Shown here: one piece after another, positions 46,290 through 55,659 of the stretch
Layout: each line of letters opens with the position of its first letter
Numbering within the stretch: the first letter of the stretch is position 1
NCBI GenBank assembly: GCA_976226885.1
Contig: OZ320313.1
Span: forward strand, 70,432,001 to 70,496,000
Length of the DNA stretch: 64,000 nt
Origin: Iphione sp. A-MEVVRFRX5
Taxonomy: Eukaryota
Direction: 5' to 3'
Translations under genes and position numbers: made by a program
Notes under the pieces: model-generated
What the model saw: the letters and a program-made list of their open reading frames with translations, nothing else
Told to the model about the DNA's origin: nothing
Database searches by the model: none

Positions 46290-46910
46290 TAGTCTGCAAG
46301 AGAAAAAATATAAATGAATATCAATAATAATTATAACACCAAATATATTTGGGTGTGTCATAACAATTTCCTTGATGCCTATTCGTCACGTTGACGTTTA
46401 CCAGGAATGCAAATGACTAATTCTTCCAATAGATGTACCAGCGGTATTCTCCGGGACAATTAAAAACTATAGGAAGACATCATTTTACAGTATTAAAAAA
46501 ATTGTTACAGCTTCCTCATACCCCCTAGACCAAGTCATGTAAAAAGAGAAGTAAAATATTAATTGAAATTTGATTTACAGCACAAAAAACACCATCCCGG
46601 AGAAATCATTGGGTACATCTATTGGTAGAATCAGTCAAATATATTCTGCAAATGAAACCAACTAGTCTATTCGTTAAATGATAACGGGGGCAAACTCAGA
46701 AAAAAACCCTATGATTTTAACTAAATGTATTATGAAAAACTGGGGGAAAGACCAACAAATAGGCAGAAAACAGAGAGGTGTACGTGCAGTCAAACTTTCA
46801 CTACATGGGGTTGTGACTGGCGAAGTAAAAAACATGTATCCATGTGTAAGACTGATCTGTCAGTTCTCACTCGTTGTTCTTTATATATATATGTATACAT
46901 GTATATATAT

Positions 46911-47030
46911 ATTTGTAGGATATACGAACTTACCTTAAGTGATGTATGGGCATAATTTTCAATCTGTATATGCCCACAAGGGGGCATCTATGAGAACCCC
47001 TAGCGTCGAGTACAACCGGCGCACCTCAGT
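46911..47030 (-). repeat. DIRS1 right ITR and right extension
   Basis: 46990-47030 is the reverse complement of 51691-51731; 46914-46992 is the reverse complement of 47094-47172. Confidence 0.9.
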
Positions 47031-47093
47031 TGTTGAAAGGAAGATTTCCTGAAAGACCAAGAGAACATGGATTAGGGTGGGCATATGGGAGGG

Positions 47094-47213
47094 CATAGAT
47101 GCCCCCTTGTGGGCATATACAGATTGAAAATTATGCCCATACATCACTTAAGGTAAGTTCGTATATCCTACAAATTTTAATTCTGTATATGCCCACTAGA
47201 GGGCTTCCATGAG
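47094..47213 (-). repeat. DIRS1 internal complementary region (copy of the circle junction)
   Basis: Contains the right-end sequence joined through AAT to the left-end sequence (CCTACAAATTTTAATTC). Confidence 0.9.
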
Positions 47214-47277
47214 ACTTTAAAGCCAAGTGAACATGGGATTGAAGGAAATCAACAAACAAAAAGAACAAACCTTAACA

Positions 47278-48402
47278 TTAAAGCACTTCTTTCAAATAGA
47301 AAGTTTTGAACGTGTTGGCATTAGTCCACATTCCTTTTTTCATTATGTCATTGATAGGAACACCCATCTTAGACAACTTAGACACTGATGCAGAACGTGT
47401 GGAGTGAGCAGTAAACTTTGATACATCAATGCCAGCTAAAGACAAAACCTCCTTAACCCATCTGGCCATGGTTGCTGTTGAGACAGGTTTGTGAGGTTTT
47501 TTATGGCTAATAAACAATTGTTTAGCAGAGCCCCTCAGAAGAGACGTAGCTGAAATGTAAGCCTTGAGGCATCTAAGGACACATATGGAAGGGTGTTTAG
47601 TGAAAGGTCGTAAAATCACTTTGGAAGCAGGCCTGCCCTTTCTGGAATGTTTCAACGTGGTTGAAAAATTAATTTGAACAGTATTGTCACCTAAGTAATG
47701 AACATTAGGAAGAGACATTTCATGAATAGTCTGCAACCTGCCACAAGAAGATAACAATAACAACATTAAACACTTCAAAGATAAACGCTTAAGGGAGATG
47801 GCCGCATTCGGTCTCCAAGTCCTAAGAAAGTCCAACACTTTCTGAACGTCCCAAACATAATCTAAACGAGCAATAGGCGGTCTCAAATTGAAAAAGCCAG
47901 TAAGGACCCTCACCGTGTCAGGATGTTTACCAAAAGCTACCCCATCATAATGAGGCAGAACAGCCGAAAGCGCACTCCTTGCAGTGTTCAAGGCGCTGTA
48001 CCGGAGACCCTTATTGAAAAGGTCTACCAAAAACTGAAGTGGCTGTCTCAAAAAAGGGAATAGAGGATCCCAACCCTTAATAAAACACATAGTATTCCAC
48101 CTTTTAAGATACGAATCATACAACAAACGGGTCCTTGAACGCCAAGACTGGAAAATAACATCCTTAACTGACTTAGACAAACGCTTCATCTGAACAGCAG
48201 CCTTTAAAAGAGAAGGGCCATAACTTCTAAAGGCGCCATGGCCGGCAACCCCCTGTGATCTAACAGATTGTAAGGATGTTTTTTGAAGTGAAGAACTCCC
48301 CGTGCTGCGTTTAGGGCCCTGCTGAACCACGGCCGAACTGGCCAAGACGGAATAATCAAAACCGCCCGACTTGGGGAGTCCACCAGAAGCTTGAGAAGAC
48401 AT
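47278..48402 (-). CDS. DIRS1 tyrosine recombinase (374 aa from the ATG at 48402)
   Basis: SYLKRW, LNTARSALS, catalytic R (SCGRLQ), H-x-x-R (AHSTRSA), W (GMWT) and Y (KTFY); uninterrupted ORF. Confidence 0.92.
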   Translation of the reverse strand: MSSQASGGLPKSGGFDYSVLASSAVVQQGPKRSTGSSSLQKTSLQSVRSQGVAGHGAFRSYGPSLLKAAVQMKRLSKSVKDVIFQSWRSRTRLLYDSYLKRWNTMCFIKGWDPLFPFLRQPLQFLVDLFNKGLRYSALNTARSALSAVLPHYDGVAFGKHPDTVRVLTGFFNLRPPIARLDYVWDVQKVLDFLRTWRPNAAISLKRLSLKCLMLLLLSSCGRLQTIHEMSLPNVHYLGDNTVQINFSTTLKHSRKGRPASKVILRPFTKHPSICVLRCLKAYISATSLLRGSAKQLFISHKKPHKPVSTATMARWVKEVLSLAGIDVSKFTAHSTRSASVSKLSKMGVPINDIMKKGMWTNANTFKTFYLKEVL

Positions 48403-50055
48403 CTGGAAATAATAGAAAAAGGAGGACATAAGTAAGGAACACAAAATCAGACCAGCACAAAGAAAAAGCATCAACCCAACAAGCGTTAGGGTCAGGGTAC
48501 CAACTGGCATAAACGGGCAGCTGATGATTTAAGCGAGAAGCAAATAGGTCGACATCCGGTGTACCCCATTCTGCAACCACCTGTTGAAAAATAGATGGAT
48601 TGAGTTTCCATTCAATGTTGTCCTTAAACTTCCTCGAAGCATAATCGGCAAGAGTGTTGTATACACCTGGAATGTAAAAAGCACGAAGGAAGGAATTCCT
48701 GTCCTCGAGGAATAGCCAAATCTTCTTGGCAATAGCACGACACGGGGGTGACTTAGTCCCTCCCATGTGGTTAATGTAAGAAATCGCTGTAGTATTGTCT
48801 GAGAAGACAAAAATAGTAACATCCTGCTTAGACCTAAAGAAACTCTTAACAGCTAAATAAATGGCCTTTAGTTCCAAGACATTGATATGGAGGGCAGACT
48901 CATGCGGCAGCCATCTACCACCTATAGAAATGTCATTAGAAACTGCTCCCCAACCAAACTCTGAAGCATCCGTCGTGCATACGAAATCTGGAACTAAGGG
49001 CAAAATTGACTTTGAAACAGAAGGCAAATTCTGAAGCCACCAAGACAACTCAACAAGAGAAGCTGGCGAAAGGCGCATGCAACCATCATAAGAGCCTCCA
49101 GAAGCAGACAATGCCAAATTCTTATCCACCTCCAAAGGCCTTATATGGTTACGACCATACTTCGACGCCCTGGAGACATCAACTAACAAACCAATTACAT
49201 GAGCAACTTTGCGTATAAGCAAAGTATCAAACTGAAACAAACCAGAAATAGCGTCAGAAATCTTAGTAATACGCTTAGAAGTAGGCGTAACAGACATAGA
49301 CACTGAGTCTACTAAATAACCCAAGAAAACAATGTTATTTGCCGGGCGGAGAACAGACTTTTCATAGTTAATGAAAAACCCCAAGTTTCGCAACACATCA
49401 ATGGTCATGGTAACATGGCTACAACATTGGTCATAAGAATCGGCAATAATTAAAATATCGTCTATATACGATACAATAATAATCCCTTTCTGTCTGAGAA
49501 GAGAGAGGGGGGGAGCCATCACTTTGGTGAAGAGCCTAGGAGCGGAGGAAAGACCAAAAGGCAACGCATTGTAGACATAGGTAAGATTATTCCATGAAAA
49601 AGAAAGAAATTTTCTGTGAGGAGGGAAAATCGGAATTGAATGATATGCATTTTTTAAGTCAATAGAAGCTAGAAAACAACCCGGGGTCAACAACGGCAAG
49701 ACCGACTCCAAGGTCTCCATCTTGAAATGTCTGTAAAAGATAAAAAGATTTAACTTTGATAAATCAAGGATCATCCTAAAAGACCCATTAGGTTTAGGGC
49801 GCAAGAAGATGTTAGAAAAGAAAGAACCTGAAGGGGGGTTTTCCACCAAAGAGATGGCTCCGGACGCCAAAAGGTTAGACAGTTCATCTGCAATAAACCC
49901 ATTCTCTTCCTGACTGAAAACAATTGGTTTGGGTTTATAAGGTTGAAAAGGTTTGAGAGCAAAATCCAAATGATAACCAGATATAGCCTGCAAAACCTCC
50001 GGATCAGGAGACAATCGGCGCCAGGAGGAACGGTGCGAGGATAAGCAGCCTGCAA
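48204..50055 (-). CDS. DIRS1 pol: RT, RNase H and adenine-methyltransferase-like domain (one frameshift at ~48427)
   Basis: FRMILDL, IDLKNAY, LPFGLSSAP, YIDDIL, TDASEFGWG, HINVLELKA, SDNTTA, DVDLFASRLN, DAFS. The MT tail PPFSIISRCLLKL..VLIIPSWPVRPWF continues in a shifted frame to the stop at 48204-48206. Confidence 0.88.
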
Positions 50056-50061
50056 CAAAAC

Positions 50062-51474
50062 TTATTTCCTCACCTGAGGGCCTTGTATCTGCTTTTGGGG
50101 GGCTGCTACAGGCTGATTCATCAAGGGCGGGACACTGCTCTGAGGAGTCTGTTGAGCCTGCTGTTGTGACTGGTACATCGGCTGATTGTAGGCATTCTGG
50201 TAAGAAAACCTCCGACGGAAAGGACTCCTGTTGTACCTGCCTCCCCGGCCCCGGTAACGAGGAGAGCCACGATATTGGAAGTTTTGGCCCCTCTGAAACC
50301 CCTGTCTCCTAGACCTGTCCACACGATTCACTAACCTAGACATACTCTCAGAAGTCTTGAGGGAAGACTCTAGGGAGTCACCAAAAAGAAGGGTGGCAGA
50401 AGCAGGGCAATCTGAAGATGCTAACCTCCTATGTTCTGGCAAGAGGTGTGGACGGATGTCTTCACGACGAACCTTGGTCAACTGCGTATCAATCAGACCC
50501 AGGAAAAAAGACAAATCAGTTAACATCTTAGCTAACATAGAAACCCAAGGCTGGGGTGGAGACGCATGCTGGTGGACAATTTCAATAGCTCTTGAAAGAA
50601 CAGACATGGCAGAAACTGTAAAATTCTGAACTTTTTGGGTAGACCGGTCTTTAATTTTAGCCTCTTTAGGCAAAGACAGCCAAACAGCCTCATTGACACG
50701 AATAGACTTCAACCAGTCACTGTTTGAAGGGACAGGATACTCTTTCTTCAAGAGCGCAGCTGCTTCAAACCCCAAAGGGGTATGGACACACTTATCAACA
50801 AAACCCATGACTTTACCTGTAGCTGGGGGTCCCACAGACGGGTCAGCAACCAATTCAGAAGAGGCAGTGTCCAAAAAATCCGTAGATGGCCCCTCCAGGT
50901 CAGAGTCAGGGGCGTCCTGATCAGAATCCTGGTCTTGTTCATTCTCAGAGTTTTGGGCAGAATTGGCCGGGGATATATCATGGGTCTTTGCACGTGCAGC
51001 TTTTGGTTTTCTGGTAACAGCTGGGACACGAGGACTAAGAGCAGCAACAGTATCCACAATAGCATTAATGCCCTGGGTTAAATTTTTGCCCAAATTATCA
51101 TCCAAAGTTTTCATAGAAGAAATGAAAGAATCTTGCAAACCAACAATGGCTTGAAGAAGAACGTCAGAAGTCCCCCCAGACGAAAAAGAACCCGGAACCA
51201 CCGGTGACACGTGGTCCGCTGAGTTGACCAGAACCTGGGGTGTAAGGGTAGGAGGGGGAGAAGAGGGAGGGGAGGCCTGCTGCTCAACCGTGTCGGACAC
51301 ATGTCCGTCAGGTTTTGAAACTTTTGCCGGTGGTCCAGTATCAGACTGAGACCGTCTCTTCTGCGGGGTCTTACCCTGGGGCGTCTTTTTGGTACCTTTT
51401 TTAAGCCTTTTCTTGGCGGAGGACTGAACCTCTTCATCCAAAAAATTGTCAAGGGAAAACTGGGGAGACGCCAT
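50062..51474 (-). CDS. DIRS1 ORF1 (gag-like, 470 aa)
   Basis: Intact ORF upstream of pol; YPVPSN..VNEAVW..D...QKVQ, RREDIRPHL and LLFGDSL are typical of DIRS1 ORF1; Arg/Gly/Gln-rich tail. Confidence 0.85.
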   Translation of the reverse strand: MASPQFSLDNFLDEEVQSSAKKRLKKGTKKTPQGKTPQKRRSQSDTGPPAKVSKPDGHVSDTVEQQASPPSSPPPTLTPQVLVNSADHVSPVVPGSFSSGGTSDVLLQAIVGLQDSFISSMKTLDDNLGKNLTQGINAIVDTVAALSPRVPAVTRKPKAARAKTHDISPANSAQNSENEQDQDSDQDAPDSDLEGPSTDFLDTASSELVADPSVGPPATGKVMGFVDKCVHTPLGFEAAALLKKEYPVPSNSDWLKSIRVNEAVWLSLPKEAKIKDRSTQKVQNFTVSAMSVLSRAIEIVHQHASPPQPWVSMLAKMLTDLSFFLGLIDTQLTKVRREDIRPHLLPEHRRLASSDCPASATLLFGDSLESSLKTSESMSRLVNRVDRSRRQGFQRGQNFQYRGSPRYRGRGGRYNRSPFRRRFSYQNAYNQPMYQSQQQAQQTPQSSVPPLMNQPVAAPQKQIQGPQVRK

Positions 51475-51690
51475 GCCTAACCACCGGTAACACCGTATGG
51501 AACACCAAGGGAAGCCTTGTGGCAGGTGTAAGGCACAAATAAATCACAAACAACTGCCTAAACAGTTATAAATGGAGGGCACTGAAAGCTGGAATTGAAA
51601 TAAAAAAGTATACTTATCTTCACACCGAAAAGACTGCAAAACAGTAGTGCCCTACGAGGTGCATCCGAGTCGTACGACTGCTAGTAGACG

Positions 51691-51767
51691 ACTGAGGTGC
51701 GCCGGTTGTACTCGACGCTAGGGGTTCTCATGGAAGCCCTCTAGTGGGCATATACAGAATTAAAATT
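51691..51767 (-). repeat. DIRS1 left ITR
   Basis: Pairs with 46990-47030 and with ICR 47173-47213. Confidence 0.9.
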
Positions 51768-54700
51768 AAATATGTGTGTGTGCGTATGGCTCGCTAGGTC
51801 TTCCGTGCAGCAAAAGAAAAAAATCGCTGTTTTTTTAAAAAAATTATTTTACTTTCGAAAAACAACGCAATTGTATGTCGATTTACATTTCTATACCAGC
51901 ATGCCATCAAGTAACATTACAATGTTTTCGGATATTCAGGATTACTTGATCTGAAAGATATAAAAGATTGGTATGTGTTAATCTGCACAGCTAAGCTATA
52001 GCTATGATCTATGTTTTAAGCTAAAATCATTCATTGCTACAAGTCCTTGGCACAGAATATTTTCTCATAGAATGTAGCCAGCGCTTCCCAAAATCAATGC
52101 AACTGTGGAACTAGAGCTTTCAAACGTGTGAGAGCAGTGTGAAAGGTTCCAATGTCGCATGACTATATTGTTGTCATAGGCGGATAACAATACAGTCCTA
52201 TTTAAATGTCATTGGTCTCATATGAGTGAAACTTGAATGATATCTAAGGTAATTAATCAGATTAATTGTCAGTAGTGCACCTTTCCAACTTAGTGTCTCA
52301 TCAGGCATCTTTGGATGTACTGGTTAATCACGGTTCTGATTCGTCGTGAAAGCAGATTGCACTGGGTACAGGGCGGGCAAAGGTGAACCTGGTTCCTGTT
52401 GGGTGTTGTGTTGTGGCACGAAGACCCCCAGTGTTGCTCCAAACTGTTTGGATGTAAGTGGGGGTCACCCAGCAAGTGAATTCAGTTGAGCCTGTGACTT
52501 CCTTCAGCCTCTACTGATCAATCAGTTCTGAGCTGGAACGATCTACTCGCTGGTCATATTAGCATTATAGTTCGTTTCCCGTGGGCATTCGTCTCTAAAG
52601 GGCATAAAACATCCTGTATCACTTTATGATGCTTTGCTTTTATATAATTATATACTTTAATTCGGAGATTCTTTGACGATTTTTGTGGTATTTATTGCAA
52701 TTTCAAAAGAATTGACTTGATGTTCAAGGTAACATGCAAATGGTATATATAGAGAAAGCAGTAACGAAAAGCTAAGGATTTATTATGTACATTTGGTACT
52801 CCTCATTGAAATGTATATTCCATGAGCACGTTCACATACTGATGTCTGGGAATGCGTTAGCAAAGTGACATCATTTTAAGAAATGCCCTCTATGAAATTA
52901 ACAATTTATACTAGACAGAGGACACCCTCTCCTTTATTTTGGTTTTTGAATTTTTAAAATTAGGTTAAGTGGTTGCTGAATTAAAAAAAAAAAGTTTCGT
53001 ACTACAAAATCTGAATAAGAGAAGAATCTAGTGCAATCTTGTCCCATAGAAACAATGCAGATAGCTGACTAAAGGAGGCACTGTGATAGATTTTCCCAAC
53101 ACTTTCTTCATTATGAAACTTTATACACGTTTTCAGATATGAAAAATTAAAGCTTAGTAAAAAAAAATGAGCCTTTCTTATGGTGTATGCCCTTTCCTAT
53201 TATATGATATTCTCATTATATCTAGCATAATATGTCTTTGTAGCATTTCTAAAAACGGAAATATATGACGGAAACTTAGTTCAAGTATGTGGGGAAAGAG
53301 CAAGGTTTCACCTACTTGACTGCCAATTTCCAAAAAGATCATTGCATGGAATATAGGCTTTTGGTCAAAGATACTGTATACCATTCATTGTGGGGCCATT
53401 ATTGGGACAGGAAACAGGTTTGTTGTCAGTGGTGGGAATTAACCTTCACAACACTGCTCTATGCACGTTGCTAGATGCATTCATAGGTATGTGATTTGAT
53501 GAGAAAAAATGATAAGTAAATGGTTTTCCAGGATGAGAACGTTTCAGCACTGATCATCTGGGTCAACCACCCTGTAATTATTTCAAGGTACACCATTTTC
53601 GGGTAATCACAAAACCTATTTTGGACATAAGAATATGCTGACCACCTTGTTTAAAACTACTACGATGGAGCCCAACATTTTATACTGGTCCAAAATAATT
53701 GATTAATAGTAAGTCAGTGAGCATCAAGTTTTCACCGAAAGATGAATGTATGCCATTAACATGTCAATGCATCATCTCTAACTGGAAATATAATGTGAGA
53801 TTTTTGTTTCATTTTACTTGACACACATCAACATGAACTGTATACTGAGTAGGAGATCCACGAAAAATACTGTGCACACCTCTGGACATGTTTTCATGTG
53901 TCACAAACCTGTGACTGTAACCAAAGAATAATGAGCAATGCCGACTAACTTCCTTTGTAAGAGCCGTGTCAATCCTTGCATGCTCAGCATTATTCCATAT
54001 TATCTCCACACCAGCCAGCTTTCATGTATTACAAGACTAATTTTATATATATACCACTTATCATCCACTACCCTGTCTGTCTCAGGACACTCACACACAT
54101 ACACACCACCTGCATATAATGATGCTTCTAAAGTAAAGTTTCATTTACTCTCTAATTATTTAGTTGTGACTTTATGAACAATAACTGTTGATAATAAAAG
54201 TGTCAGAAAATCAGATTAGCTGTTTAAGATATATCATTTTATGAGATTGCCACAACAAAATTCAACAAACAGACATCTAATATGGGTTACAGCCCACGGG
54301 AGTTAGAGACATGTATAGGTCAAAGGAAATAACGCAAATTTCAGAAATTGTTACAGTGGAGACATTAGCAAATATATTCTGAGCACCTTCTTGGAATCTG
54401 ACGTCTTCCGTCTAGACATCAAAACATATGCCGGGACACTTGTTTCATTGCAGCCTCTTTTGACTGCATAAAGACATGCACACTGAACAACTGAACGTTT
54501 TATGCAGAACATCGGGCCACTACTGAGAAACCACCTCCCCTTGCTCCCCTAGGCCATACCGCGACACCACCTCCCCCTGTTCCTCTAGGCCATACCGGAG
54601 GTGTCATCAAGTTCTCACGGTCAAAATTAGGCACCTAATGACTGGCACCAAAAGTTCCCGGCACTTACTGACGGATTCCCCACTTTACAAGTAACCACAC

Positions 54701-54957
54701 TCAACATATGTATCCGATCAATCAGTAATTTGGCGATGGTATATGTTTAAAAATTATCTGATACGCTATTAAATGGAGTTATTTGTTGATTGAAGCTGGT
54801 AATGTATTATGCATCCTGGCACACTCCTGTCCAAATGTCTCAGGCTTTCGAAGGCTTGAGTCGGTTTCGCCGTGTGGTCTCTTACCCCTGTAGTTACCTG
54901 AAGATGCTGGTTGTTAATAACCATACACAGCAATTCGCCTCAAAGTATAGTACTTAC

Positions 54958-55090
54958 CTTCGTCAATGTATTCTGTTCTCGATGTTTTAAGCTATTTGCC
55001 CACCTCCTTCACTTCTAACGGCGTTCACAATGACGATTCAATCATACACTACCCTCCTCGGCCGAGCCGAGAAGGGCGATGGCGTTTTCA
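54958..55090 (-). other. ZC3H18: Probable non-coding first exon of ZC3H18 (5' boundary approximate)
   Basis: Perfect donor AAG|GTAAGTA on the minus strand at 54958/54957, next to a CpG-richer promoter zone. The ATG exon begins with an acceptor at 46293, so it needs an upstream exon. Confidence 0.5.
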
Positions 55091-55650
55091 CCGACGCACT
55101 CGTGGCGTCAAAATAACGAGAAATAGTCAAATCACAAGAGAATAAGACGAGATATAGCTTATAGGTAATCTATAGTAGTTTATAAACGTCTTTATATTAT
55201 TTTTCATGTCAGGGAGTGAGTGGATTGTTTGATTTTTGGAAAACTTTGACGAATAAACTACTATGGATTTGGCACTTAGGGTGCCGCCATATCTCTTGCG
55301 TCATTGGCTCAAAGTTATCATGTGACCAATGGTGGACGGAAGCCGGCAGTATTTTACACGTGTGTCATCAAATTTTTCGTTAATTTTCCCTTTATAGTCA
55401 ATTTTGTGAAGGATCAGTTATCCACTGTTCACCGCAGTTCTATAAACGAATAATTAAATCCATGCAAAGTAATGAAAGTATAGCATTTCGAAAACAAACG
55501 TAGAAGTGTGTAAAGAAAGTAATTAAAAAAAAGAACATGAATTCATCATTCACCTATGCTATGAGAACACGTTAAAAATTCCATTTACCACTTAAATTAA
55601 ATGTAAAGCCATATTTTCCGTAGCCGTAATTATTCCTGAGACACACCGTA
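55090..55650. promoter_or_regulatory. Probable bidirectional promoter between ZC3H18 and CTNNBL1
   Basis: Divergent genes, ~700 bp from the ZC3H18 donor to the CTNNBL1 ATG; YY1-like GCCGCCAT (55283), ATTGG and CCAAT (55303, 55326), ETS-like CGGAAG (55337). Confidence 0.55.
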
Positions 55651-55659
55651 GCGGCAAAC

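Larger units (their letters stand above)
46911..51767 (-). mobile_element. DIRS1-type tyrosine-recombinase retrotransposon, nearly intact
   Basis: ORF1, RT/RNase H/MT ORF and an overlapping YR ORF; left ITR ~51691-51767; right ITR plus extension 46911-47030; ICR 47094-47213 complementary to both ends; ATT core at 46911-46913, 51765-51767 and (as AAT) 47173-47175; no TSD. Confidence 0.95.
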
